From: a virus
DNA: 64,000 nt
Virus record (IMG/VR): IMGVR_UViG_3300033149_005152
Location: 1 to 64,000 of that record
Strand: one strand, 5' to 3'
Shown: positions 49,854-59,697 of the stretch, piece by piece
Numbering within the stretch: position 1 is the stretch's first letter
How the letters are laid out: each line of letters starts with the position of its first letter
The notes under the pieces: generated by a model
What the model saw: the letters and a program-made list of their open reading frames with translations, nothing else
Told to the model about the DNA's origin: nothing
Database searches by the model: none
Program-made: the position numbers and the translations under genes

Positions 49854-50143
49854 TATTTCATTCCTCCTATCCTTTGCTTATATTCCATTAAAGCTTCATA
49901 TCTTTTTTTATCCCTAATTAATTCTTTATAGCTCCATATCCAAAACCTACAAATATCATGATCATATGTATTACAAATTTCATCAAACTTATATCCATTG
50001 TACCAGCTTAACTCATTTTCTGCATTCATTTTATAACATAAATCAATTAACTCAATTCTTCGCCTAAATACCCATTCATTTCTATACATCATATAAAAAG
50101 CGAAAAGAGTGGAAATACATATTAAAAATATAAATATAAACAT
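49853..50143 (-). CDS. Membrane-anchored hypothetical protein
   Basis: N-terminal TM helix. Confidence 0.6.
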   Translation of the reverse strand: MFIFIFLICISTLFAFYMMYRNEWVFRRRIELIDLCYKMNAENELSWYNGYKFDEICNTYDHDICRFWIWSYKELIRDKKRYEALMEYKQRIGGMK

Positions 50144-50154
50144 TTTGTCCCTCC

Positions 50155-50529
50155 TTATGCCATTACTTGTAATTTTATCCTACCATTTTCAATTACTTCT
50201 GCATCAGAAAGTGATAATCCTTTTCTAAGAAATTTTTCAGTTAATTCCTCTTTTGTGTAGTTTTGTAAAATTTCTCTCTGTAAATTTTCATTATAATAAG
50301 TATCATAAATCATCTCATAAGTTCCATCCGGCATTAATTTGAAACCAAATTCAAATTCATGATTAAAACGACTATTTCCTTTTACTTTAATATCTACTTC
50401 TTTTGTTTCAGCATAACCTTTAATGGTTAATCCTTCTCCTATTTCAAATTGTAATCCTAAATCTTCCATTACTTTTGAGAGAGTGCTCAAATTACTTATT
50501 CTTGTTTTTGTTAATGTATAATGACTCAT
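50155..50529 (-). CDS. Ycf35/DUF1257-family protein
   Basis: MSHY...KTRI.....L...L.DLG, I.GY, FGF...DGTYE.IYD, Q.Y, G...I.L. Confidence 0.85.
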   Translation of the reverse strand: MSHYTLTKTRISNLSTLSKVMEDLGLQFEIGEGLTIKGYAETKEVDIKVKGNSRFNHEFEFGFKLMPDGTYEMIYDTYYNENLQREILQNYTKEELTEKFLRKGLSLSDAEVIENGRIKLQVMA

Positions 50530-50714
50530 TTTTTATCTCCTTATTTAAAAGTATATCTTATTTTTACAAAAACGCTAGTAACTATCCAACAAAATAATAC
50601 TAAAAGAAAATTTATGTAAACATTATTATTAAAATAATCACTTATTATTCCATCTCCTACTATAATCCACATAATTGCTATTATCCAAGCTTTCCAGAAA
50701 GGCATTTTAATCTC

Positions 50715-51014
50715 CTATATACCTAAAGAATGAAGTATTCGTAAAACATCAAGTACTTGAGAATCTGGTTGACCTTCTTTATCACATCCACAATAAGCAC
50801 ACATTTTATTCTTTTTAGAATGAACAAAATTATAATCTTCACATTCACAATTCCAAAATAATCCAGTTGTAAAAAATGTAAAACCATGTGAATCTATATG
50901 TTCTTCTATTTTTAATTCCTTTTTTAATTTATTATATTCATCATCTTCCGATTTTAAACCATAACTACTAAATCTAGTAAACTTCTTTTTTAATTCTTCA
51001 TACTTCATTTCCAA
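50715..51014 (-). CDS. Zinc-binding hypothetical (W.CEC...H...CxxCG...PDS)
   Basis: Motif pattern. Confidence 0.6.
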   Translation of the reverse strand: MEMKYEELKKKFTRFSSYGLKSEDDEYNKLKKELKIEEHIDSHGFTFFTTGLFWNCECEDYNFVHSKKNKMCAYCGCDKEGQPDSQVLDVLRILHSLGI

Positions 51015-51019
51015 TCTCC

Positions 51020-51259
51020 TTATTCAGTTATATACCAACACCGTTGAATGACAAAACCACATTCACCATAAACTTCCTCATATCTTAATTTACCTTTACT
51101 CACCAAGGTAAATAATCTATCTCGTAAATAAGTTTCATAGGCCTGGCGATCCCCACGTAATTGAGCAAGTTGATGAGTATTACAACCTTGATTATTCTTC
51201 ACCAGTTGTAGCAATTCCTTTTGACGCTTTTTACTATTGTTATGACGAAAATACGGCAT
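51020..51259 (-). CDS. Winged-helix DNA-binding protein
   Basis: ELLQLVKNNQGCNTHQLA...L..LVSKGKL. Confidence 0.55.
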   Translation of the reverse strand: MPYFRHNNSKKRQKELLQLVKNNQGCNTHQLAQLRGDRQAYETYLRDRLFTLVSKGKLRYEEVYGECGFVIQRCWYITE

Positions 51260-51271
51260 TCTATCCTCCTT

Positions 51272-52225
51272 TTAATCAAATTCTATTTTCCTTTTAAATT
51301 GTCCTGTAATTTTAGAAATATCACTTACAGTCTCTGCCTTTTCTCTTATTCTTGACAATATTTCAGCTAATTCACTTCTTGTTCCCTCATTTTTTTTATA
51401 ATCATAAGAATCTACATTCTTCAAATGTCCCTTTAATTCTTCAAGTTGTTTCTCAACTGTCTCATCACCTACAAAATTCAAACTTTTAAAATACTCAATA
51501 AAATTTTCCATGGTACTAATGTTTTTGTTAGAAATTAATTCATTGTTATCTAATTTCTTTTTAAGCATATCACACAATTCAGTTGTTTGCAAACGCAATT
51601 CAGCGACTATATCATCAATAAATTCATCAATAAGGATTTTAGATTTTTCCCGATATATCTCTGCTAATTTTTCATTTTCTGCCTGCGCCTCTAACGCTTC
51701 ATTATCAGTTACAAATACTCCATCATTATTGGATATAGCAAATAGAATCCAGTCAAAAGAAAATTTAGTTCTTATCCTCTTTGCTATTGGATATAACGAT
51801 CTTATTTTATCCACAATACTTATTCCAGACTTTTTCTCCCATTCCATATATTCCTTTATCATTTCCTCCTGTATTTCTCTATACTCATCAATAAATTCTT
51901 CTACACATTGATAAAATTCAGATTTTAATTCTTCCAACTTAGAAAGTAAATCAGGCAAATTCTTCTTAGGGATAAAATAGTGTTTTCCTATAGGAAACTG
52001 GAAACCATGTTCAGATACACATAATCTTGTCCTCGTATCAATAGAATTAAATTTCCCTACTAGTCCTTTAGGAATAAGACGTTTTCTACCTAAAGAATAA
52101 AATTCAGGAGCTTCATCTAAACCTAAATCTTCTTTATCTAATCTTACCTTTCCTTCCCATTTGGAGATATTAACATCAATCAATACTCCTTCCGTAAATA
52201 ATTTCCCAAAATTTAATTTTTCCAT
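51272..52225 (-). CDS. DUF3150-like helical protein
   Basis: LIDVNISKW.G...L...DLG, SLG.KRLIP, YFIP, YP.....KFSF, LNF.GD. Confidence 0.65.
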   Translation of the reverse strand: MEKLNFGKLFTEGVLIDVNISKWEGKVRLDKEDLGLDEAPEFYSLGRKRLIPKGLVGKFNSIDTRTRLCVSEHGFQFPIGKHYFIPKKNLPDLLSKLEELKSEFYQCVEEFIDEYREIQEEMIKEYMEWEKKSGISIVDKIRSLYPIAKRIRTKFSFDWILFAISNNDGVFVTDNEALEAQAENEKLAEIYREKSKILIDEFIDDIVAELRLQTTELCDMLKKKLDNNELISNKNISTMENFIEYFKSLNFVGDETVEKQLEELKGHLKNVDSYDYKKNEGTRSELAEILSRIREKAETVSDISKITGQFKRKIEFD

Positions 52226-52306
52226 TATTTACTCCTAGTCGTTCATTTTTAATAATAAATAATTCCTCTATAAGCATCAAATTTTCTTTTTATAATTAAA
52301 TCCCCC

Positions 52307-53866
52307 TTAAAGTTCTATTTTTCTCCCTGATTTTTCTTTCTTTACTTCCTCAACAACATTAGCCGAAACTGCAATACCATCCAATCTTTTACGCATGTGA
52401 TCTAAATCATTTCTCATCGCAATAGATATTGGTTTTATATTCTCATAAGCATCTGCTATAAATTCAGTATTAACTTCCTTTCCCCTATCAAAAGCCTCGA
52501 ACATAGCTTGTATAATACCTTGCTCAATTTCGGCACCTACAAAGTTATTAGATAAACCAGCTAACAATTTTAAATCAAAATCCTTTGGATTTCTATTCCT
52601 TTTTCTAATATGAATAGAAATAATCTCCATTCGCCCCTTATATCCTGGCAAATCCGCCCAAAATATCTCATCGAATCTACCTTTTCGTAAAAAATGTGGT
52701 GGTAATCCTTTAATATCATTTGCAGTAGCCACCCATATAATAGGATCAGTAGATTCTTGCATAAAAGTTAAAAACATTCCTATGATCCGAGCAGTAGTTC
52801 CAGAATCGCTTCTACCCGATGATTCAACCCCCTGAAAGGCCTTATCAAACTCATCAGCGAATATAACAACAGGAGCTATAGCTTTAGCTAGTTCAAAAAA
52901 CCGTTTTGTTTTTCCTTCAGATTCTCCATAAATTCCCGTAACAATATCGGCCATAGTAAATTTTAATAAAGGCATACCAAATTCATTTGATATAGCCTTC
53001 CCTATAAGAGATTTTCCTGTACCAGCAATTCCTACAATAAGAATGCCTTTTGGGAAGGGCAAACCATAATCTCTTGCCTCTTTAGACAAAATACTCTTTC
53101 TTTTTTTACACCAATTTTTAATATTTACTAAATCTCCTACGTCCGACATTTTCTCGTCAGTAGCATAATAATCTACACCAGACTTCTTTAAAGACTTTAT
53201 TTTTTCCTCTTGAACCATTTGAATACCTTTTTCTTCAAACCCTTTTTTACCTTCTCTTGATATTATATACGAAAGAGTATTTTCCATTTCTTCAGTAGTC
53301 AAACCTATTCCCGCATAAGACATCTTTTCCTTAACTTCATCAGTTATTTTTATTTTTGCATCTTCACCTCCACCTTTTTCGGCAATAATTGTATTAGCAC
53401 TTTCTATTACGTATTCTACTCTTTCTTTTAAATCATCTCTTGAAGGAAGAGCATATTCAAGTAATACAATTTGTTTTTCTAATTCTTCTGGTATTTTTAC
53501 AACGGATGACACAATTATTATACTTCTTTTTGTTGCTTTCAAGATATAAGATACATCTTTAAATTCTCTAGTTAAAATATTGTCCTTTTCTAAATAAGGA
53601 TGAAAATCCAATAGGACAAATATAGCTTTTCCATCATTTAATTCTTTTTTTTCTAAAATTTCCTTAATTATTCCCTTAGGATTACCGATAGAACTTTTTT
53701 TCTCATCATCCCATCCATCAGTAATTTTCCAAATAAAGATTTCTCTTTGTAGTTCTTCTGCTATGGCTTTGATCTCAGCTATTACTTTACTTTCTTCCCA
53801 TGTTCGCACCCACAAAAAAGGAAAGGAAGCCTTTATATATCCCTTCAAATTATCATAAAATCCCAT
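52307..53866 (-). CDS. Ycf46-like AAA+ ATPase
   Basis: Degenerate N-domain (T.EE, LLDFHPYL), GIAGTGKS, ADEFDKAF, ATAN..LPP.FLRKGRFDEIF, GAEIEQ. Confidence 0.9.
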   Translation of the reverse strand: MGFYDNLKGYIKASFPFLWVRTWEESKVIAEIKAIAEELQREIFIWKITDGWDDEKKSSIGNPKGIIKEILEKKELNDGKAIFVLLDFHPYLEKDNILTREFKDVSYILKATKRSIIIVSSVVKIPEELEKQIVLLEYALPSRDDLKERVEYVIESANTIIAEKGGGEDAKIKITDEVKEKMSYAGIGLTTEEMENTLSYIISREGKKGFEEKGIQMVQEEKIKSLKKSGVDYYATDEKMSDVGDLVNIKNWCKKRKSILSKEARDYGLPFPKGILIVGIAGTGKSLIGKAISNEFGMPLLKFTMADIVTGIYGESEGKTKRFFELAKAIAPVVIFADEFDKAFQGVESSGRSDSGTTARIIGMFLTFMQESTDPIIWVATANDIKGLPPHFLRKGRFDEIFWADLPGYKGRMEIISIHIRKRNRNPKDFDLKLLAGLSNNFVGAEIEQGIIQAMFEAFDRGKEVNTEFIADAYENIKPISIAMRNDLDHMRKRLDGIAVSANVVEEVKKEKSGRKIEL

Positions 53867-53925
53867 TGATCAATTTCCTCCTTGTACTTCTCCATTATTT
53901 TCCATCATTCGCCTCCTCATTAAAT

Positions 53926-53953
53926 ATTATACTATCTCTAAAAATTTTGTCAA
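53926..53953 (-). promoter_or_regulatory. Consensus sigma70 promoter for the Ycf46 module
   Basis: TTGACA-16bp-TATAAT about 60 nt upstream of the ATPase start. Confidence 0.8.
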
Positions 53954-53962
53954 GAAAAATCT

Positions 53963-54301
53963 CTAGCTGAACCTTATGTTCTTAGAAATATTAATTTTTC
54001 CTATCTTTTCCAATTCAACTTCTGTCAAAAATCTTTTCGCCTGTGTAATTGAAACGGAAACTGAAGCAAGTAATTTATCATGAGTAATGATAGGATGTTT
54101 ATCGTACAAATAAGGATCAATTGTCAACCTCTTTGTTTCAATTAACTTACAAGTACCAAAATGCTTACTTTGTTTTTCTTCAATTCCCATTTTCTCCATT
54201 TTAGAAATCAAACGTTTAGACAATTCTTTATCTTTTTTATCTAAAAGATTTTTTTCATTTCTAATATCTTTTAATTGTTTCATCATATCTAACAAATTCA
54301 T
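53963..54301 (-). CDS. Hypothetical coiled-coil protein
   Basis: ORF with SD. Confidence 0.6.
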   Translation of the reverse strand: MNLLDMMKQLKDIRNEKNLLDKKDKELSKRLISKMEKMGIEEKQSKHFGTCKLIETKRLTIDPYLYDKHPIITHDKLLASVSVSITQAKRFLTEVELEKIGKINISKNIRFS

Positions 54302-54323
54302 CTTTTAATCCTCCTTATAATAT

Positions 54324-54533
54324 TTACCCCCTGTTATAAATTGCTTCTATTAAGCTAAAATCACACTCAAAAACTTTATCGTACTCTCCATCATTTTTAA
54401 AATCAGAACGATCACATATATACATATTAACTCCTCTATTAGGATACATAGACATGGCAAAAACATCATCATCAATTATTACCGTATATCTATCACATGT
54501 CTTTCCACCGTTATCATAAATTTCTACTTTCAT
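54324..54533 (-). CDS. Conserved phage protein (YDNGG.T.DRYTV type)
   Basis: Motif pattern. Confidence 0.65.
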   Translation of the reverse strand: MKVEIYDNGGKTCDRYTVIIDDDVFAMSMYPNRGVNMYICDRSDFKNDGEYDKVFECDFSLIEAIYNRG

Positions 54534-54544
54534 TTTTAGTTCTC

Positions 54545-54820
54545 CTATTCATCTTTGTTACCTATTACAATTTTGTATGAAAAATCACGTACAAGCTTTT
54601 CTAATATAATCATAACATGACTATTTAACTTTTCCCATCTTGTTAAAATATGTTCATTTAAATTCATATATTCTTCATCTCGACCATACAAATCTTCAAT
54701 CCACTTTTTTAGGCTTTCCTGAACTTCTTTTGGGATTTTTTCTACCCTGTTTTCTTGTAGCATTTTTCTTTCCTCCTTTTGGCTTTTCTTTTTCACTCCC
54801 ATTCCAATAATCAAGAGCAA
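54545..54820 (-). CDS. Hypothetical protein
   Basis: ORF. Confidence 0.5.
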   Translation of the reverse strand: MLLIIGMGVKKKSQKEERKMLQENRVEKIPKEVQESLKKWIEDLYGRDEEYMNLNEHILTRWEKLNSHVMIILEKLVRDFSYKIVIGNKDE

Positions 54821-54914
54821 TATTTAAAACAATAGCAATAAAATCTATTACTTTTACAATAGGATTCAAAGCTTTTCCAAAATCTTGCATTTTTTACTCC
54901 CTCTCTTTAATAAT

Positions 54915-55145
54915 TTATGATCCTTTTACTAAATCATCAACAATATATAACACATCACCTTTATAATCATCATCTCTAATTTCCACGATCGCCTTATCAT
55001 CCCAAATAACATCTCTATCCAGCAAATTTTCACCCTCGTCAGATTCGGAGAGCATCACTAAGAGGTTATCTGGATCGTAGGTATAATCTCCATCATTAAG
55101 ACGGACGCTGTCTGGCATTTGATTTAATACGTCTTTGAGTTTCAT
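54915..55145 (-). CDS. Acidic hypothetical protein
   Basis: ORF bracketed by an 18-bp direct repeat. Confidence 0.6.
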   Translation of the reverse strand: MKLKDVLNQMPDSVRLNDGDYTYDPDNLLVMLSESDEGENLLDRDVIWDDKAIVEIRDDDYKGDVLYIVDDLVKGS

Positions 55146-55247
55146 TTTAATTCCCTTTCCAAATCCATCGTCATCCCATATACTAAATGCTGGCGATGTT
55201 GATCTTTGTCGCCATCTTCATAAATCTACTACTAAATCATCAACAAT
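54927..55247. repeat. 18-bp direct repeat TACTAAATCATCAACAAT at 54927-54944 and 55230-55247
   Basis: Read directly; encodes IVDDLV at the end of two adjacent genes. Confidence 0.9.
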
Positions 55248-55406
55248 CTCATACAACTCTCGTTTGAGATTGCATTTTAAATCTAACCAATCAAAATCTG
55301 AACCGCTTTTTCGTGCTTCTTTAACCTTCTCCATTGCTTCCTTAATATCTCCTATAATTGATCTTCTTGTAGTTTCCCTAATAAAGGACATATCAAAAAT
55401 ATCCAT
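55218..55406 (-). CDS. Hypothetical protein
   Basis: ORF with SD. Confidence 0.55.
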   Translation of the reverse strand: MDIFDMSFIRETTRRSIIGDIKEAMEKVKEARKSGSDFDWLDLKCNLKRELYEIVDDLVVDL

Positions 55407-55476
55407 TTTCTTTCTCCTTTCTTTAATGGTTTGTATCTTTCAACCATTATTTTAACACAACATACCTTTCTTTCAT

Positions 55477-56046
55477 TTACTCAAAAGTACTCTTACGGGA
55501 CATCAATAGGGCTAAATGGTCAGGCTTTTGGAACATTGCCATAGGAGCACTTTCTTTGGATCTTTGATGAAGAGTAATATCGTAATCACCCTCACCAATA
55601 TCCATAAAGAATTTATATTCAAAATAATAAGAAGAATCTAATCCCATTAATCGGGAAAATTTATTATAAGTTTGATCATTAATTGCTACTTGTCTCAACT
55701 CAATTTTAAGTCCATTCGTTGGAATAATACTTTCCCATTTAAATACATCAATATTTTCCTTCCTAACTCTTTTTAATGCAACTTGTGTTTTTGTGTTTAT
55801 TTCAACTTTATATTGCCCCTCTGGATATCCCATTCTTGTTTTGAACGCATGAAGTCTAAATCTATCCGTTCCTACAAAATATCCTTTATCATAGATTAAA
55901 TAACTATATCTTAAATCACGTTTGTTAATCGCCCTAACTACCCACAACACACCTTCAACATCCACCATTTCTGAATGTTTCTCTTTTTTAAACATAAACA
56001 TTTCACCCATATCTATTTTCCCTTCCTCTCTTTTAATGTTTTCCAT
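55477..56046 (-). CDS. Hypothetical protein, weak beta-clamp-like motif
   Basis: FVGTDRFRLH resembles ATDGHRL. Confidence 0.4.
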   Translation of the reverse strand: MENIKREEGKIDMGEMFMFKKEKHSEMVDVEGVLWVVRAINKRDLRYSYLIYDKGYFVGTDRFRLHAFKTRMGYPEGQYKVEINTKTQVALKRVRKENIDVFKWESIIPTNGLKIELRQVAINDQTYNKFSRLMGLDSSYYFEYKFFMDIGEGDYDITLHQRSKESAPMAMFQKPDHLALLMSRKSTFE

Positions 56047-56085
56047 TTTCTTCCTCCCTTTCCTAAAATTTTTTATAATTAATCT

Positions 56086-56448
56086 CTACCCCCAAAAAGA
56101 TTGACCATCAAATTCAACTTCAGTATAATTCTGCTTTAATTGTTCCGCCGCCGCATTCCAATCAATATGATTTGCAGGCCAATTTTGATTTCTATCAATA
56201 GCTCCAACATCTTCAGCAAGTTCTTGTGCATATTCTTCAAAATAATCATCATTAATAAGGCAAACTCCATATTTCATTACTTCTGCAGAAAAAGTCTCCT
56301 CTATTTCGTTCTTAAATTCTTTTAATTTTTCTAATTCCTCTTTATCTTCATCAAAAGATTCATCATTTATCACATCTTCAAGGTATTCTATATACTCAAT
56401 AAGGTCTCTACTGTCAATAATTTTATCGCAATTAGTAATCTCTCTCAT
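56086..56448 (-). CDS. ArdA-like acidic anti-restriction protein
   Basis: FEEYAQELAEDVG...HIDWNAAAEQL; highly acidic. Confidence 0.6.
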   Translation of the reverse strand: MREITNCDKIIDSRDLIEYIEYLEDVINDESFDEDKEELEKLKEFKNEIEETFSAEVMKYGVCLINDDYFEEYAQELAEDVGAIDRNQNWPANHIDWNAAAEQLKQNYTEVEFDGQSFWG

Positions 56449-56450
56449 TT

Positions 56451-56648
56451 CTAATCCTCCTTGTCCTCGCCATAAGTTGTAACTATATCAATAACACCAC
56501 CTTCTTTACGAACATCAATATCCATTTTTACAACATCCTCCTTATCATCTCTATATATAAGAATATCAAATAACATATTACCACCATCATAAATAATTAT
56601 TTGTTTCAATTCAGTTCCACTATGCACATGAATAACACGAGTATTCAT
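56451..56648 (-). CDS. Hypothetical protein
   Basis: ORF with SD. Confidence 0.55.
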   Translation of the reverse strand: MNTRVIHVHSGTELKQIIIYDGGNMLFDILIYRDDKEDVVKMDIDVRKEGGVIDIVTTYGEDKED

Positions 56649-56650
56649 TT

Positions 56651-56875
56651 TTAATTCTCCTCACCGTTTTTAATATTTACTTGATTAAAAGAAAATTCAT
56701 AAATTTCAGAACCTTCTTTTCCACAATTCTCACAATGAAATTTATACCCAGGAATATTAAAATCCCAACATCCATCTGCAACATATTCACTCCCACAATA
56801 AGGGCATATCCCTGCTTCATAATTTACATATACCTTTCCTTCTCCAGGAATTATACGTAAATTTTCCTCTCTCAT
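56651..56875 (-). CDS. Zinc-ribbon protein
   Basis: CPYCGS...CENCG. Confidence 0.6.
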   Translation of the reverse strand: MREENLRIIPGEGKVYVNYEAGICPYCGSEYVADGCWDFNIPGYKFHCENCGKEGSEIYEFSFNQVNIKNGEEN

Positions 56876-56897
56876 TTTTAATTCTCCTTTTCATTTA

Positions 56898-57806
56898 TCA
56901 GTCTATTTGGCCGTCCACCGTCCAACTTCCCAAATGGGTTGATTCAACAGCCAAATGCCAAGTTTCCCCTAATTTAAGCATTTTGTGATCTCCGTTCCTA
57001 TGCCTTACAGTACCTCTTACTAATACAGATTTACCTATTGAGACCCAATCTCTAACCATATGATTACGATCATATTTACCATTTAAATGTGTTTGTTTTA
57101 CTATATCTTTTTTCATTACATGCTTTGTTTTCTTACTCAAGTTATTTACAGGAACAAAAAACCACTCTCCTTGTCTCTTATACGAATATTTTCTCTTTTT
57201 AACAATTGGAGGAACAAGAGAATCAAATGCTTCTTTTATAGTAGCTACCTTGTGAGGAAGCATAGTTAAAAAATAGTTATAATTCTCCATTGAAGATAGA
57301 TAATATTCATCATCACCATGACGAGAATATTTTAGGACACAAGTCTCGGGACGATACTCTTTTTTATATTCATCACACACCGATATTTGTTTAACAGATA
57401 AAAAATCATACAAATCTTGGGAAATTCTTTTTCCAGTTTTCTTATGAACATAATCCCATTCTAAAGCTTCATGACTATTATAATAATCAACTAAGGATAC
57501 TTTTCCGGCAAGAAGTATATCATCAACAAGACGAGAAATACCAGCACGAAAAGCCCTCTGCAAAGCACTAAATGGAATTTGAACCGTTGCATATTCAAAA
57601 CAGGAAGATTGATGACTACTCGTAGTTACACTATACTTATCTGCATTTAATAAAAATTTATCCTTACCCCAATTTCTCATTCTAACCAACAATGGAAAAT
57701 GGTATCCATAAGAATATAAAACATCTCCGCTAATGAACATGTGTCCAGATTTACCATTTTCTCCCCCAATAAATCTTTTTATAACTTCACTATTTGTTAA
57801 CTTCAT
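56898..57806 (-). CDS. Conserved phage early protein
   Basis: LYSYGYHFPL, YSVTTSSHQ, RQGEWFFVP, H...H motifs. Confidence 0.7.
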   Translation of the reverse strand: MKLTNSEVIKRFIGGENGKSGHMFISGDVLYSYGYHFPLLVRMRNWGKDKFLLNADKYSVTTSSHQSSCFEYATVQIPFSALQRAFRAGISRLVDDILLAGKVSLVDYYNSHEALEWDYVHKKTGKRISQDLYDFLSVKQISVCDEYKKEYRPETCVLKYSRHGDDEYYLSSMENYNYFLTMLPHKVATIKEAFDSLVPPIVKKRKYSYKRQGEWFFVPVNNLSKKTKHVMKKDIVKQTHLNGKYDRNHMVRDWVSIGKSVLVRGTVRHRNGDHKMLKLGETWHLAVESTHLGSWTVDGQID

Positions 57807-58003
57807 CTTAATTCTCCTTTCTTACTTAGGATGTTATTGTATGATCTCACTGTATGTTTACATCTATTACAAGTAATAGCCCAAGTTATACGCCTATAAA
57901 TTTTTCTTCCACAATCACATTTTTCATAAACAGTAGGCAACGGAGGCCACATATCAAACAATATATGAGCTTTCCATGCTCGTCTATATTCAGATATTGT
58001 CAT
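57803..58003 (-). CDS. Small Cys protein
   Basis: CDCG...CNRC. Confidence 0.5.
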   Translation of the reverse strand: MTISEYRRAWKAHILFDMWPPLPTVYEKCDCGRKIYRRITWAITCNRCKHTVRSYNNILSKKGELR

Positions 58004-58230
58004 TTTAATTCTTCCTCCTTTTCAAAATAGGATATTGTTATAATCTCTAATCGAATTTACCATTAAGAAGTAAAGAAAAGGTAATACATTAATAACAAAT
58101 CCACATCCTAATATACCGTAAAAAAGATAATCTTCCCAATTTTCCATTAATCGTTTACCTCCTTATTTTTGTGTAAATAACTTTTCATTTTCTTAACTTT
58201 TTCTCTCAATACACAAATCCAACCAGCTCA

Positions 58231-58431
58231 TCATAAATCAATATCTTCCAAGTATGATATTATTATTTTAATAATGATATACCTCTTTCCATAATTATTA
58301 CCATAATATTCAACAGCATTTAATAAATCTTTTTTACTTGTACGTTTTAACCATTTTTTAAAATCACTTATATTCCCATTAATTAGAGTATCAATAGCTT
58401 CCTCTGCTGATCTTTTCGTATCTTTTTTCAT
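58231..58431 (-). CDS. Hypothetical protein
   Basis: ORF with GGAGG SD. Confidence 0.55.
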   Translation of the reverse strand: MKKDTKRSAEEAIDTLINGNISDFKKWLKRTSKKDLLNAVEYYGNNYGKRYIIIKIIISYLEDIDL

Positions 58432-58443
58432 TTTAAACCTCCG

Positions 58444-58635
58444 TCAATAAGTTCTCCCACAATCTACTTCATCAAATCCATTTATTCTTATTCTTTCCTT
58501 TAAAACCTTAAAATATTCCTGCCTCTTAAATAAAAATTCTTTTTCTTCTTTTGATATAGAGACAAACTTGCCCCTTTTCGTTCCAAACAATTTCCCGTCT
58601 TTTCCTTTAACAACCCTACATTCAAATATATTCAT
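58444..58635 (-). CDS. Hypothetical protein
   Basis: ORF with GGAGG SD. Confidence 0.55.
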   Translation of the reverse strand: MNIFECRVVKGKDGKLFGTKRGKFVSISKEEKEFLFKRQEYFKVLKERIRINGFDEVDCGRTY

Positions 58636-58953
58636 CTCAATCTTCCTCCCTTACCTTTATAAACAACTAAAAGTATGGCGTGGCTGTTGACTTTGTTCTA
58701 CCACAAAACCCCTCATACAGAAGATTTTTTTAAGAAATCTTAACATCTTTTTAATCACTTTTCAACTTTAATCCTCTTTTTTAATCAAACTTTCCTTCAA
58801 AAAATCAGGCCACGACTTCAATATTTTCCCATTGATATTATTTTTACCTCCATGTTCTTGAACAAACTTATACCAAATCTTCATTATTAATTTTACATTT
58901 TTTTCAATATCAGTCATTGATTTCCCCCCTTTTTATAATATGCGTTAATTATT

Positions 58954-59160
58954 CTATCCTTTTAAATTTAATACTTCAACATTCGTTATTTCCTTAACAT
59001 TTATCTTTCTACAAGCGGTCTCTATTTTAATATCAAAAACATCAACTTTTTTTTGTGTTATTGTCAATTCGTGTTTTAAATTTCCAAGATAAAGGTGAAG
59101 ATTTAAAATATCTCCATCTTTAAAATCATCAACATCATCACAAAATCTCAACATATTCAT
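58954..59160 (-). CDS. Hypothetical protein
   Basis: ORF with GGAG SD. Confidence 0.5.
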   Translation of the reverse strand: MNMLRFCDDVDDFKDGDILNLHLYLGNLKHELTITQKKVDVFDIKIETACRKINVKEITNVEVLNLKG

Positions 59161-59385
59161 TTTTATCTACTCCCTATATTAATTAGCATATAAAACATAT
59201 TGCCTCCCACGCAACCCAGGAAACAACATCCTTTCCTCGTGCCCTATCTTAAATATAGGATTTCCATATACATCCTTTTCGTCAAACTGGCCTATTTTAT
59301 ACAAATATTCAAAATAGGCCCTATAATCTCCTTTAAATTTTAATTCTATCATAACATCTTCCCCTAATTCAATTTAGTTGTTTAT

Positions 59386-59697
59386 TTAATCAATTACACC
59401 ACCAATAACATATTCATCGGGTGCAGAATATAAACAACTTGCCGCACTAACCTCTGCAATCTCTCTTAGTTCCTCTGCGCATGTATCCATAATGTACTCA
59501 TGCGCAAACCAAGGAGTCTTCATTCTCTCCGCTTGTTCAAATGCTTTATCTATTTTGTCTTGCAATTCCTCATCAAACATTAAAAATCCCTCAACTATAT
59601 CCTGTAATAACCTGTTTAAGAAAATTTTAACAGCCTTCTCTTTTTGTTTTTCTGTTAATTCACTATAACTTTTCATCTTAAACCCTCCAATAATCAT
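59386..59697 (-). CDS. Acidic hypothetical protein
   Basis: ORF; likely start 59676 after GGAGG. Confidence 0.6.
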   Translation of the reverse strand: MIIGGFKMKSYSELTEKQKEKAVKIFLNRLLQDIVEGFLMFDEELQDKIDKAFEQAERMKTPWFAHEYIMDTCAEELREIAEVSAASCLYSAPDEYVIGGVID

